Positions 21,574 to 32,217 are shown, counted from the first letter of the stretch. The stretch: 64,000 bases of DNA from Longimicrobiales bacterium (GCA_965249725.1 CBDFMQ010000002.1:1376001-1440000), one strand, 5' to 3'. Program-made: numbers and translations. The notes: generated by a model not told the origin, from the sequence alone.

Positions 21574-22266
21574 CTAGCCGGGCGGCTCGTGTTCCGAGTC
21601 CCGCAGCGCCACCGGCGGGCTAAGAACCTCTGACAGGACCATGGCCTGTCGAACGCTCTCGGGCCCCGCGAGTGTCAGCATCCGACGCGCGCCCCGCCCT
21701 CTGGCCGGGGATCGCCGAGTGGGGCCGGTCCCCGCCCCGGGCTGAGAATCCGCCCGCTCGGACATCGCAAGTGGAGTCGGCCGCGTCGGCAACGGTGTCG
21801 TAGAGAGGGTCAGAGAGCTGCCGGTGCGAGCAGCCGGAACCTCATCGGGCACAGGCCCGATCGGATACGCCGGGCTGTCATCGGGGGACCATTCCACGTG
21901 GTCGTGCCGCTCGACGTGCTGATGCTCGAGACCGAGCCTAGTCTCCTCGGGTTCGAAAACACCACTGTAGCGCGACGAGGGCTCCACCTCGGGTTCCGGT
22001 GCGGGTGGCAGCGGCCGAGCGGACGGAGGCGTCCGTCCTCGGGCGATGGCGGCAATCTCCTCCCAGAGCTCGTCGGGAACCATCCCCTCCGATGTCTCGG
22101 CATCGGCCTGGTGCGCGAGGAGATCGCCCCCCCCCTCGGCGCTCTCGCTCCGCCCCATCTCGGTGTGGGGGTCCTGTTCCTGGCGCTTCTTACGGGCCGC
22201 CGCGTCCATCATCGAAATGATGACGAAGAAGGCGATGACCAGAATCTGGATCAGGCCGCTGTCCAT
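21574..22266 (-). CDS. Hypothetical single-pass membrane protein (third gene of the nfeD-floA operon, YqfB-like position)
   Basis: N-terminal TM helix, Pro-rich linker, C-terminal VRQAMVLSEVLSPPVALR. Confidence 0.7.
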   Translation of the reverse strand: MDSGLIQILVIAFFVIISMMDAAARKKRQEQDPHTEMGRSESAEGGGDLLAHQADAETSEGMVPDELWEEIAAIARGRTPPSARPLPPAPEPEVEPSSRYSGVFEPEETRLGLEHQHVERHDHVEWSPDDSPAYPIGPVPDEVPAARTGSSLTLSTTPLPTRPTPLAMSERADSQPGAGTGPTRRSPARGRGARRMLTLAGPESVRQAMVLSEVLSPPVALRDSEHEPPG

Positions 22267-22299
22267 TAGATGGCCCTCGGAGGCGTCGGAAGAGCCACG

Positions 22300-23289
22300 C
22301 TACGCCAGCGGATCGGTGTCAGTGTCGTCTCCGCCCGCGATGGCCTTACGCATGGTCGTATCGGACTGAATGTTGTTGTAGCGCACGTAGTCCATGACAC
22401 CCATGTGGCCCTGCCGGAAGGCATCCGCCAACGCCAGCGGCACCTGCGATTCTGCCTTCACCAGCTCGGCCCTCATCTCCACCACCCTGGCCTGCATCTC
22501 TTGTTCCTCAGCCACGGCCATGGCGCGCCGTTCCTCGGCACGGGCCTGGGCCACTCGCTTGTCGGCATCGGCCTGATGGGTTTGGAGGTCGGCACCGATG
22601 TTCTTCCCGACATCCACGTCCGCGATGTCGATCGAGAGGATCTCGAAGGCCGTGCCCGAGTCGAGCCCTTTGGACAGCACCATCTTGGAGATGCCGTCCG
22701 GGTTCTCCAGCACGTCCTTGTGTGAAGCGGCAGAACCGATCGAGGATACGATCCCCTCACCCACCCGGGCGAGGATGGTCTCCTCCCCGGCACCACCCAC
22801 CAGCCGATTGATGTTGGCCCGCACAGTGACACGGGCCTGGGCGATTAGCTGGATGCCGTCCTTGGCCATGGCCGCCACCTTCGGTGTGTTGATGACCTTG
22901 GGGTTCACCGAGACCTGTACCGCCTCAAAGACGTCTCGGCCGGCGAGGTCGATGGCCGCCGCCTGCTGAAAACCCAGCTCGATGCTCGCCTTATCGGCGC
23001 TGATCAGTGCGCGGACGACGCGGTCGACCTCGCCTCCGGCCAAATAGTGGGCTTCGAGGTCATTGATACTAAGCGGGATGCCGGCCTTGGTCGCCCAGAT
23101 CAACGGGCGCACAACCGCCGAGGGAGTGACCTTACGCAGGCGCATCCCCACCAGGTAGCCAATGCTCAACCGGACCCCGGCCGAGATCGCCTCGACCCAC
23201 AGGCGTACCGGGACCGCCCAGGCCACGACGCTGATGAGCATCACCGCCCCGAAGAGGATAAAAAGGCTGAATACGTCTAGCTGTTGCAT
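22300..23289 (-). CDS. floA: Flotillin-like protein FloA (YqfA/UPF0365)
   Basis: [46 protein letters not shown] and [17 protein letters not shown]. Confidence 0.95.
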   Translation of the reverse strand: MQQLDVFSLFILFGAVMLISVVAWAVPVRLWVEAISAGVRLSIGYLVGMRLRKVTPSAVVRPLIWATKAGIPLSINDLEAHYLAGGEVDRVVRALISADKASIELGFQQAAAIDLAGRDVFEAVQVSVNPKVINTPKVAAMAKDGIQLIAQARVTVRANINRLVGGAGEETILARVGEGIVSSIGSAASHKDVLENPDGISKMVLSKGLDSGTAFEILSIDIADVDVGKNIGADLQTHQADADKRVAQARAEERRAMAVAEEQEMQARVVEMRAELVKAESQVPLALADAFRQGHMGVMDYVRYNNIQSDTTMRKAIAGGDDTDTDPLA

Positions 23290-23368
23290 CTAGTGTTCCT
23301 TTCAGTGAGCCAGGTCCCTCGGCGGGCTGGAGCCCGCGGGCCGGGAAAACCTCATTCTTGTTCTCGTT

Positions 23369-24787
23369 CTATTCCTTCTCTGCGGAAGCAGGCCGATCTT
23401 CCTCTGCGGAAGCGGGCCGATCTTCCTCTAGGGACGCGGGTCCCCCTTTCTCGGTGGCCGCAGGCCGGACCACATGTCTGTATCCCTCCGCGGCCACGAT
23501 CCGCACCGGAGTGCCGTGTTCGATCCACTCGGACTCCGAAACGATGTCGATACGCTCGTCGTCGAAGAGGCCAATGCCCGAGGGTCTCAAGTCGGTAATC
23601 GCCACACCTTCCCGATTCACGAGCTCCGGCCGGGTCTGGGCCGACTCGTATCCGATGGCTTTGTCGGTCCGCGTGCCCAGGAAGATGCCCGTGCGGTAGA
23701 GTCGGGCGCTCTTGGGAAGGTGGCGAACGAGCGCCCAAGCTGTGACCAGAATCAGGAGTAGGGTCGTGCTCAGCACACCCCCGGCCCTGCTGAAGTCCTC
23801 CGCCGTCGGCAAGCCGCCCAACAAGCTCATATAGATACCCGCTCCCATGCCTACCAGCCCCAACAATCCGAAGAACCCGAAGCCGGGAATGATCATGACC
23901 TCCGCCGCCAGGAACAAGACACCGGCACCGAAGACAAGCAGGTCCTCCCAGCCGGCGAGACCTATGATCAGATGGGAGCCGAAGAACAGGGAGAGCGAGA
24001 GCAGCCCGGCTGCGCCTGCCAATCCGACCGCCGGGGTCTTGATCTCGACGATGAGTCCCAAGAAGCCGAGCGACAGGAGGAACGGAGCCACGACCGGATG
24101 GGAAAAGAAGCGCACCAAACGCTCTGCCCAGTTGACCTCGAGGTCGCGAACCGCCGCACCGGACAGGTTCAGATCATCCAGCAGGGTGGTGAAATTGTCC
24201 GTCGCTAGCGCGTACTCCAGGTCTACCGCCTCCTCGGTGGTGAGGGTGAGGAGCTTGCCCGCCTCACTCACGCCAGGGACAGCGATGGACTCGTCGACCA
24301 TGGCCTCGGCCACCTGGGGGTTGAGTCCCTGAGCCTCGGCCAACGCGCGCATCTCGCTGCGCATCGCCGAGACGATCTTCTCCGATGCCTTGGTGCCGGC
24401 GCCATCCACTGGAGTGACTGCCCCCATGACGGATCCGGGCCTCATGTAGACGCGGCGAGTCGCCAGAGCGATCAGAGCTCCGGCCGAGAACGCGCGCCGA
24501 TTCACGAACGCGTAGACTGGCACTCGAGCGTCCGCGATGGCGTCGGCGATGCGCTCGGCGGCATCGACACGCCCACCGGGTGTATCGATGTCGAGTACAA
24601 TCGCCTCGGCGCCCGAAGCCTCGGCCTCGCGAATGGCGCGCTCGATGAAGGGGGCCAAGCCGAGCTCGACCACCCCGGTCACAGGCACCCGGAAGACTGC
24701 CTCGCTCCCTTGGCCCGCCGCCGTCGCTGGGAAACTCAGTACTCCACCGAGTACCACCGCCGTAATGGTCTGGATTATGCGCGTCAT
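23369..24787 (-). CDS. nfeD: NfeD family membrane-bound serine protease (YqeZ-like)
   Basis: IDTPGG, AFSAGA, MGAVTP ClpP-like domain, TM region, C-terminal TDLRPSG OB domain; upstream of floA. Confidence 0.92.
   Translation of the reverse strand: MTRIIQTITAVVLGGVLSFPATAAGQGSEAVFRVPVTGVVELGLAPFIERAIREAEASGAEAIVLDIDTPGGRVDAAERIADAIADARVPVYAFVNRRAFSAGALIALATRRVYMRPGSVMGAVTPVDGAGTKASEKIVSAMRSEMRALAEAQGLNPQVAEAMVDESIAVPGVSEAGKLLTLTTEEAVDLEYALATDNFTTLLDDLNLSGAAVRDLEVNWAERLVRFFSHPVVAPFLLSLGFLGLIVEIKTPAVGLAGAAGLLSLSLFFGSHLIIGLAGWEDLLVFGAGVLFLAAEVMIIPGFGFFGLLGLVGMGAGIYMSLLGGLPTAEDFSRAGGVLSTTLLLILVTAWALVRHLPKSARLYRTGIFLGTRTDKAIGYESAQTRPELVNREGVAITDLRPSGIGLFDDERIDIVSESEWIEHGTPVRIVAAEGYRHVVRPAATEKGGPASLEEDRPASAEEDRPASAEKE
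23378..23429. repeat. 24-bp tandem duplication in the nfeD 3' end (EEDRPASA x2)
   Basis: CTCTGCGGAAGC(A/G)GGCCGATCTTC twice. Confidence 0.85.
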
Positions 24788-24917
24788 GTCTCTCTTCTCC
24801 CCCGGAGCGATACGCTGCGACGGACAGATGGAACGTACATCGGAAAGCCGGTGCTCACAAAGCGGAAACCCACTTCCCGACCCGGGAAACCAGGCTTATC
24901 GACTGGCAAACACCGCC

Positions 24918-25652
24918 TTAGTCGGGAAGCTCGACCCCGAGCATGAGGCACGCGTAGTACGATCCGCGGATCGCCCGAGCGTAGTCGCCCTCGTAGGCGG
25001 CGCTACGGGCTACGTCAATGAGCCGCTCTACCCGCCCCAGCATCTCCTCGGAGTACGAATCCGAAGTGGATTTCCTTCTGACTCCCTCCTCGGCATACGC
25101 CAGCAGTTGAGCTGCGACGTGGGGCGGCGTCACCTCGAGGAGATAGTCGGAGGCCTGGAGGGCTGCAGCGAGAGCAGACGTGCCCTCCCCCTCCTCGGCC
25201 TGGATCCAGGCCGTCGTCAGCATCTCGCGGGCCGAATCCAACCGGCGACTCACCCGCTCCGGGATGCCGATCGCGGAAAGTCGATCCACACGGGCCAGTG
25301 TCGAGTCCATCTCGATCAGCAACCGCTCCAACTCTCCCTCACGGAGGCGTAGGAAGAGATCGGGCACAGCGTCGGCGTAGACAGAGGAGCGCAGCGCCCG
25401 CCCCTCGTCCGTCGGCAACTCCCAGGAGTCCTCCCATCGCATCAACGGAGCGTCGGTGAGGAGACCTCCAGAAGCGACCCAGGCCTCTGTGAGGCTCGCC
25501 GAATGACCCAGGTTGAGAGCCGCGCGGGTCTCCTGAGCCAAGAGGCCCGCCATGGGATCGGAGACGGCATCGGTGCACGCGGCCACAGACAGGGCGACCG
25601 ACAACAAGCACGCCATGGCCCCGGCAGGGAGCTGAAGGGAGCTGGTGTTCAT
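24918..25652 (-). CDS. Hypothetical helical lipoprotein
   Basis: Hydrophobic N-terminus with lipobox VAAC; 244-aa ORF co-oriented with nfeD. Confidence 0.65.
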   Translation of the reverse strand: MNTSSLQLPAGAMACLLSVALSVAACTDAVSDPMAGLLAQETRAALNLGHSASLTEAWVASGGLLTDAPLMRWEDSWELPTDEGRALRSSVYADAVPDLFLRLREGELERLLIEMDSTLARVDRLSAIGIPERVSRRLDSAREMLTTAWIQAEEGEGTSALAAALQASDYLLEVTPPHVAAQLLAYAEEGVRRKSTSDSYSEEMLGRVERLIDVARSAAYEGDYARAIRGSYYACLMLGVELPD

Positions 25653-25924
25653 CGTTTCAAGCTATCTACGACCCGCTATGCGAATCAATTCCCACGCGCT
25701 CCTCATGCTCACCGACCCGCGGCGACGAAGCATGAGGCGGGCGTGCTCCCCTTCTCCAGACTCGGTTGCCGGTCCTCAGGGGCCCGGGTAGCTTCTCGTT
25801 CGAACGCTCGTCCGAATGGGACTCTGTGCGAAGGTCGTCAGCTACACCGGGGAGACGGACGCGGAGTGGCTGTCGGGCCCTGAAACCCCCGTTCCTCCCC
25901 CTCAGAGGGCCATCCACGCATCCG

Positions 25925-26566
25925 ATGCAGCGCCGATACGACGCCAAACTCGCGAGAATCCTCCGTGAGGCCTCCGCCCTCTTCGCCGAAAAGGGGTACG
26001 GCGGTGCCAGCATTCGGGATATTTCCGCCGCCACCGGCGTGAGCCTCGCCGGTCTGTACTACTATTTCAAGAGCAAGGAGGATCTGCTCTTCCTGATCCA
26101 GAAGCACTGCTTCGACACCCTTTTCGAGCGACTCGCACAGGATCTTGAGGGAGTCGGAGAGCCGGTGGACCGCCTCGAGGTCATCGTCACGAACCACCTG
26201 CGCTTCTTCGTGAACAACATGTCGGAGATGAAGGTGCTCTCGCACGAGGCGGACGCCCTTACCGGGGACTACCGCAGGCAGATCGCCGCTCGCAAGCGGG
26301 AGTATGTGAGCGCCGTACAGGCGTGCGTCGATCAGGTCGCCCCTGAACAGGACCCGACGGACCGAAGGGTCGCTACCTTCGCGCTCTTCGGGATGATGAA
26401 CTGGATCTACACGTGGTATCGACCGGGCAAGGAAGTCCCGGTGGATCGACTGAGTTCGACGGTGTTGCAGATCTTCCTCCGCGGCGTCGCCACTCATCCC
26501 ATGGTGAGCCCCAGCACGCATCGGGCATCCGACGCAGGAAACACGTCGATGTGGATGGAGCAATGA
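25925..26566 (+). CDS. TetR/AcrR family transcriptional regulator
   Basis: HTH LFAEKGYGGASIRDISAATGVSLAGLYYYFKSKEDL; C-terminal GMMNWIYTWYRP. Confidence 0.92.
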   Translation: MQRRYDAKLARILREASALFAEKGYGGASIRDISAATGVSLAGLYYYFKSKEDLLFLIQKHCFDTLFERLAQDLEGVGEPVDRLEVIVTNHLRFFVNNMSEMKVLSHEADALTGDYRRQIAARKREYVSAVQACVDQVAPEQDPTDRRVATFALFGMMNWIYTWYRPGKEVPVDRLSSTVLQIFLRGVATHPMVSPSTHRASDAGNTSMWMEQ

Positions 26567-26654
26567 TGCCGAAAAAGGTCGGGCCCGCCCCTCCCTTCAT
26601 TGTGTTATCGTTTTTTTAGAGAAACCCGCAGAACCCAAGGAGCAACGACAGGAC

Positions 26655-27455
26655 ATGACGGACAAGACACTGGTTCACTACGACGTTCAGGACGGCGTGG
26701 CCATCCTCACTCTCGACGACCCACCCGCGAACACCTACACACACGAGATGATGGTCCAACTCGACCAAGCCATCCTGCGTGCCCGCTTCGACGAGGACGC
26801 CGAGGTGATCGTGGTCACCGGAGCTGGTGAGAAGTTCTTCTGCGCCGGCGCCAACATCCAGATGCTCTCCGAGGTCACATCGGGCTTCAAGTACTGCTTT
26901 TGCCTGCACGCCAATGAGACGCTGAATCGCTTTGAGCACACGCCGAAGCTCGTCATCGGTGCCCTCAACGGGCACACGGTGGGGGGAGGACTCGAGATTG
27001 CGATGGCCTGCGATGTGCGGGTGGCACGGAAGGATGGGGGCCAGTGCGGCCTCCCCGAGGTGGCCCTCGGCGTCCTGCCGGGCACGGGCGGCACCCAGCG
27101 AATGGTCCGCATTGTCGGGAAGTCGAAGGCCATAGAGCTGATGGCCGGCGGTGACACGTTCGGATTCGACAAGGCCCTGGAGATGGGCCTCGTCAACCAG
27201 GTAATCGAGGCTGATGACCGCGAGGACTTCATGGCCAAGGTCATGGAGTACGCGAAACAGTTCACGACGCCGAACAAAGCGGTGAGGGCGGTCGGTAGCA
27301 TCAAGCGCTCCGTCCAGTCGGGGGCCGAGTTGCCGTTCGAGCTGGCCCTGACGCTGGAGCGTGAGCTGCAGCAGCAACTGTTCCAAAGCCAAGACGCAAA
27401 TGAGGGCCTGTCGGCCTACGTGGAGAAGCGTAAGGCCGAGTTCACGGGCAAGTAA
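26655..27455 (+). CDS. Enoyl-CoA hydratase/isomerase
   Basis: FFCAGANI, GGGLEIAMACD and LPEVALGVLPGTGGTQR. Confidence 0.92.
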   Translation: MTDKTLVHYDVQDGVAILTLDDPPANTYTHEMMVQLDQAILRARFDEDAEVIVVTGAGEKFFCAGANIQMLSEVTSGFKYCFCLHANETLNRFEHTPKLVIGALNGHTVGGGLEIAMACDVRVARKDGGQCGLPEVALGVLPGTGGTQRMVRIVGKSKAIELMAGGDTFGFDKALEMGLVNQVIEADDREDFMAKVMEYAKQFTTPNKAVRAVGSIKRSVQSGAELPFELALTLERELQQQLFQSQDANEGLSAYVEKRKAEFTGK

Positions 27456-27497
27456 TGACAGCTCGTAACGCGCTATGAGAACGACCGGGTGTGCGCT

Positions 27498-28691
27498 ATG
27501 AAGACGGCATGGATCGTGGATGCCGTGCGGACTCCCATCGGCCGGCACGGAGGCGGATTGGCCGCCGTCCGACCGGACGATCTCGCGGCACGGGTCATCC
27601 GGGCCCTGATCGATCGGACGGGGGTCGATCCGGCGGAGGTCGACGACGTGCTGATGGGCTGTATCAACCAAGCAGGCGAGGACAACCGCAACGTGGCCCG
27701 CATGGCACTCTTGCTCGCAGGACTCCCGGTTAGCGTGCCGGGCGTTACGGTGAATCGCCTGTGTGGATCAGGGCTCCAGGCTGTGAACTCCGCGTTTCAT
27801 GCGATCCAGGCGGGTGAGGGAGAGATCTTCATCGCGGGGGGCGTCGAGAGCATGAGCCGTGCGCCTTTCGTGATGCTCAAGCCCGAGCGCGGCTACAGCC
27901 GAGGGCATCCCCAGACCGCGGACACCGTGCTGGGCTGGCGTTTCATCAACCCGGCGATGCCCAGCCACTGGACCATCGGCCTGGGCGAAACGGCGGAGGT
28001 GGTGGCTGAAGAGTTCGGGGTCGGCCGGGAGGAGCAGGATGCCTTCGCCGCCGAGAGTCAGCGACGTGCCGGAGAAGCGATCGAGACCCACCGCTTCGAT
28101 GCGGAGATCGTACCCGTGGAGGTTCCTCAGCGGAAGGGTGAGCCCCTCGTGGTCGAACGGGACGAGCATCCCCGCCCCGGCACCACTGAGGCGGATTTAG
28201 CCCGACTACGGCCAGCGTTCAAGAAGGACGGGACGGTGACGGCCGGCAACGCCTCGGGGATCAACGATGGTGCTGCTGCCCTTCTCGTTGTCGAGGAGAG
28301 CCGGGCGCACAGCCTCGGCTTGGAGCCGCTGGCGAGAGTGGTGGCCTCGGGAGTAGCGGGTGTCGAGCCGGATCGAATGGGCATGGGCCCGGTACCCGCA
28401 GGGCGACTCGCCCTGCGTCGTGCGGGAGTGGCGGTGGGTGACCTGGACCTGGTGGAGTTGAATGAGGCCTTCGCGGCCCAGGCCCTTCCGTGCATGCGGG
28501 AGCTCGACCTGGACCCCGCGAAGGTAAACGTGAACGGAGGCGCCATAGCCCTGGGACATCCCGTGGGATGCTCCGGTGCACGCATCCTCACGACTCTCGT
28601 TCATGAGATGTCGAAACGAGAGGCAGCCGTCGGAATGGCGACAATGTGCATCGGCGTCGGGCAAGGCATCGCGACGGTGGTGTCGACATGA
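27498..28691 (+). CDS. Acetyl-CoA C-acyltransferase (thiolase, PaaJ/PcaF-like)
   Basis: VRPDDLAA, NQAGEDNRNVARM, NRLCGSG, NEAFAAQ, GGAIALGHP and CIGVGQG. Confidence 0.92.
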   Translation: MKTAWIVDAVRTPIGRHGGGLAAVRPDDLAARVIRALIDRTGVDPAEVDDVLMGCINQAGEDNRNVARMALLLAGLPVSVPGVTVNRLCGSGLQAVNSAFHAIQAGEGEIFIAGGVESMSRAPFVMLKPERGYSRGHPQTADTVLGWRFINPAMPSHWTIGLGETAEVVAEEFGVGREEQDAFAAESQRRAGEAIETHRFDAEIVPVEVPQRKGEPLVVERDEHPRPGTTEADLARLRPAFKKDGTVTAGNASGINDGAAALLVVEESRAHSLGLEPLARVVASGVAGVEPDRMGMGPVPAGRLALRRAGVAVGDLDLVELNEAFAAQALPCMRELDLDPAKVNVNGGAIALGHPVGCSGARILTTLVHEMSKREAAVGMATMCIGVGQGIATVVST

Positions 28692-29554
28692 CGGCCCCCT
28701 TCAAGCGCGTTTCGGTCCTCGGCTCGGGGACGATGGGGCACGGGATCGCTCACGTCTGCGCGGCCGCTGGGCTCCAGACCACGCTCTACGACATCGATCT
28801 GTCCATCGTCGACTCCGGATTCGAACGCATTCGAGCCAATCTCGACAAGGGCGTTTCGCTCGAGAAGATCACCGCCGCCGATCGGGACGCGACGCTCGGA
28901 CGGATCGAGCTGACCTCGGAGCTCGCCTACGCCCTGGAGCACATGCCGTTGGTTATCGAGGCGGCTCCGGAGTCCATAGAGATCAAGCTGAACCTGTACC
29001 GCCTCGTCGAGCAGAGGGTGGGAGAAGACACCGTCTTCGCGACGAACACGTCGTCCCTCAGCATCTCGAGGCTGGCGGCCGATCTGACCTCCCCGGAACG
29101 CTTCGTGGGACTGCACTTCTTCAATCCGGTGCACATCATGAAGCTCGTGGAGGTCGTGGAAGGTGAACACACTTCGGACGAGACCACCCGACTGGCGACC
29201 GACTTCGTGCGTTTCATCGGGAAGGAGCCGATCGTGGTACAGGATTCACCCGGATTCGCTTCGTCACGGCTGGGGATCATCTTGGGCCTCGAGGCGATCC
29301 GCATGGTCGAAGCGGGCGTGGCGAGCCCCGCGGCGATCGACAAAGCCATGACGCTGGGCTACCGACACCCCATGGGTCCCCTCAAACTCACCGACCTGGT
29401 CGGCCTCGACATCCGACTGGACATTGCCGAGTATCTCCATCGCACATTGGAGTCGGAGGCCTTTCGCCCGCCCGAGCTGCTCAAGCGCCTGGTTTCCGAA
29501 GGCAAACTGGGCAAGAAGACGGGTGAAGGATTCTACCGTTGGGAGAAGGAATGA
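28688..29554 (+). CDS. 3-hydroxyacyl-CoA dehydrogenase
   Basis: GSGTMGHGIA, ATNTSSLSI, GLHFFNP and HPMGPL..D.VGLD. Confidence 0.93.
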   Translation: MTAPFKRVSVLGSGTMGHGIAHVCAAAGLQTTLYDIDLSIVDSGFERIRANLDKGVSLEKITAADRDATLGRIELTSELAYALEHMPLVIEAAPESIEIKLNLYRLVEQRVGEDTVFATNTSSLSISRLAADLTSPERFVGLHFFNPVHIMKLVEVVEGEHTSDETTRLATDFVRFIGKEPIVVQDSPGFASSRLGIILGLEAIRMVEAGVASPAAIDKAMTLGYRHPMGPLKLTDLVGLDIRLDIAEYLHRTLESEAFRPPELLKRLVSEGKLGKKTGEGFYRWEKE

Positions 29555-30330
29555 GCGACGCACCCCTCCTCGTCGAGCGTTACGGCGCCCTGGGCATTCT
29601 CACGCTGAATCGTCCGGACAAGCTCAACGCTTTGAACCAAGATCTACGTCAGCGAATCAAGGACGCGCTTCATGAGCTGGCGCACGATCCGAGCGTCAAG
29701 GTCGCGATCATCCATGGACAGGGTGAAAAGGCCTTCATCGCTGGGGCGGACGTCTCGGAGTTCGCGTCCCGTACGCCGGCTGAGCAGCGCGAGGTCTACC
29801 AGAACCCGAGGGTGTACGATGTCGCGGCGGCGTTCCCAAAGCCCCTGATCGCTGCGATCCACGGGTTTTGCGTAGGCGGCGGCTGCGAGCTGGCCTTGGC
29901 CTGCGACGTTCGTGTCGCCGACAAGACGGCCCGCTTCAGTCAAGCCGAGATCCGCCTGGGACTGATTCCCGGTGCCGGGGGGACACAGCGCCTCGCGCGC
30001 TTGGTGGGTGCGGGGCAGGCGCTGCGCATTGCACTCACAGGCGACTTCGTCGATGCAGAAGAGGCCTTCCGGATCGGGCTCGTGGAGTTCCTGGTCGACG
30101 ATGGCCAACACCTGGAAAAGGCCCGTGATCTGGCCGAGCGCATGGCGAGGTGGAGCCCTGTGGCCCTACGCCTGGTCAAGCAGTCAGTGCGAGCAGCCCT
30201 CGAGACGCCGCTCGCCGCCGGATTGGACCTCGAGAGGGAGCTATTCCTCTCGGCGTTCGCCAGCGACGACGGACGTGAGGGAGTACAGGCGTTCGTGGAG
30301 AAGCGCGAACCCGATTTCAAGGGCCGATGA
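29551..30330 (+). CDS. Enoyl-CoA hydratase
   Basis: NRPDKLNAL, AFIAGAD, GGGCELALACD and EIRLGLIPGAGGTQRL. Confidence 0.93.
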   Translation: MSDAPLLVERYGALGILTLNRPDKLNALNQDLRQRIKDALHELAHDPSVKVAIIHGQGEKAFIAGADVSEFASRTPAEQREVYQNPRVYDVAAAFPKPLIAAIHGFCVGGGCELALACDVRVADKTARFSQAEIRLGLIPGAGGTQRLARLVGAGQALRIALTGDFVDAEEAFRIGLVEFLVDDGQHLEKARDLAERMARWSPVALRLVKQSVRAALETPLAAGLDLERELFLSAFASDDGREGVQAFVEKREPDFKGR

Positions 30331-30364
30331 ACGCGGGGCCCATCAGGCACCTCGGAAAACTGCT

Positions 30365-30718
30365 ATGAGCGACGATTCAACCCGCGATGACGGCGCCAGC
30401 GGAGACGGCGCCACTCGGACTCGGGCCGAGCTGGAGTCGCTCAGGGACCGCATCATGGAGCTGGACGACGAAATGATCCAGCTCATAGGACAGCGACGCA
30501 CGGTCGTGATGGAGATCGGTCGGGTGAAGCAGGAACTGGATCTTCCCGTGCTCGATCCCGCCCGCGAAGCCCAAGTCGTACGTACGTGGGCGGAACGTGC
30601 GCGAGAACAGGGCGTGGATCCCGAGCTCGCTCGCGACGTCATCCGACGGATTATCTCAGCTGCCCGAAGCGCGCAAAGCCTGCCTGATGATCACGGGAAG
30701 TCAAGCTCGACCGACTAG
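30365..30718 (+). CDS. Chorismate mutase (AroQ/type II)
   Basis: LESLRDRIMELDDEMIQLIGQR...IGRVK..LPVLDPARE...Q. Confidence 0.85.
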   Translation: MSDDSTRDDGASGDGATRTRAELESLRDRIMELDDEMIQLIGQRRTVVMEIGRVKQELDLPVLDPAREAQVVRTWAERAREQGVDPELARDVIRRIISAARSAQSLPDDHGKSSSTD

Positions 30719-30748
30719 ACTCAGACTCGACGGACTAGTCGAGTAGGA

Positions 30749-31741
30749 TCAGTCGTCGGCGCGGCGGAGCGGGCGATCGGGCATTCCCACGGCGGCGACC
30801 ACCTGGGGTCCAGCACCCACCGGGACTCGGAGTGGGTAGGCCGGCCCCGGAGGTGTCATGCTCAGGATGAGCTGGGGATTCAGCTCGTGCATGCGCTCCG
30901 TCGACACGCCCACCGAATGCGCGATGATGTTCAGGCCCGTGCCACCCGGAGTCCACACGATGTCGTACGCGTAAGGCTCCGCACGGGTGACCTCGAACCC
31001 ATACTTCGAGGCGTAGCGGGCCAGATACGTGGCCGCCAGGAGCTTCGGCACATACTGCGCGGTCTCGCGGGGTAGGTGGTCCACGATCTCCCAATACAGG
31101 CTCTCCTCCCCTATCCGACCGCCGGCATGTCGGTTGAGCGCGCGGGACACTCGGGTGGGTCCCGCGTTGTAGGCCGCTGCAGCCAGATACCAGGAGCCGT
31201 ACCGCTCGTACAATGCGCCCAGGTAGTCGAGAGCCGCATCGGTGGCCCGAACGGGGTCGCGTCGCTCGTCGACGTACGAGTCGATCCGGAGCCCGTACGC
31301 CAAGCGGTCGGACTCATGAACTGCCAGGCGCCCAAGGCAGCGACGTACGACTGAGCGTCGGGAAAAAACCCGGACTCGATCATGGCCAGGTACATCAACT
31401 CCTCTGGCATTCCACGCTCACGGAGCTTAGCGGTGATCATGTCTGAGTAAAGGCCTGCCCTCGAGAGAGTTTCCTCGAAGGCCTTCTTCTCCTCGGTCAC
31501 GAACCGTCGGGTCCAGAACTCGACGCGCTCGTTCTCGTGAAGAGGCAGCTGCGCCGACGCCAATTCCCGCTCGATATCGGCCAACATCACCGGCACGACC
31601 TCTTCACTCAGCCATCCGGACTCGTCGACCACCTCATCGGCGTCGGTGAAGCCCCAACCGGCCGCGAGAAATCCCCCGGACATCAGCAGCGCCGCGGACG
31701 AGCCGCCTCAGCCATTTATCATCTATTGTCTTGGAGTACAT
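30749..31741 (-). pseudogene. MltD-like lytic transglycosylase with two single-base frameshifts (~31696, ~31304): pseudogene or assembly error
   Basis: LAMIESGF and GAWQFM in one frame; VDERRDP, LAAAAYNAG, LPRETAQYVPK and LNP in the next; RBS-preceded ATG 31741 is also out of frame with the 31683 segment. Confidence 0.75.
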
Positions 31742-31876
31742 ACCGCCCTCCCTGTCTATCAGTCTCGCACACCTTACGAGCCATCCCCTCAAAAAGATCC
31801 ACCCCGACCCTACGAATCAGCGGAACGTCCGAGAGGATCCTGTATCTCTGGTCTTCTCAGGTACGACTGCGAGGCA

Positions 31877-31920
31877 TAAAGAAAGCCCGCTTCGCAAGGG
31901 AGACCCTGCGAAGCGGACTC
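31877..31920 (-). terminator. Intrinsic terminator after rpmA
   Basis: GAGTCCGCTTCGCA...TGCGAAGCGGGCTTTCTTT on the minus strand. Confidence 0.8.
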
Positions 31921-31938
31921 GGTAAGTCTTCTAGGGAA

Positions 31939-32193
31939 CTACTCGCCGGCGTAGACCGAAACTGCCTTACGTCGTCGGTAGGTCTCGAAGGTCACCACAC
32001 CGTCTGCGGTGGCGAACAACGTGTCATCCCGTCCGCGAGACACGTTGTGCCCAGGGTGGAAGGGAGTTCCGCGCTGGCGAATAATGATGCTGCCGGCGGT
32101 AACCCGCTCCCCGCCGAATCGCTTTACGCCGAGCCGCTTCGAATTGCTGTCGCGGCCATTTCGGCTCGAGCCTACGCCTTTTTTGTGTGCCAT
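31939..32193 (-). CDS. rpmA: 50S ribosomal protein L27
   Basis: [24 protein letters not shown]...RQRGT. Confidence 0.98.
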   Translation of the reverse strand: MAHKKGVGSSRNGRDSNSKRLGVKRFGGERVTAGSIIIRQRGTPFHPGHNVSRGRDDTLFATADGVVTFETYRRRKAVSVYAGE

Positions 32194-32217
32194 GCGATGC
32201 CCCTCGGAGTCTCACCC

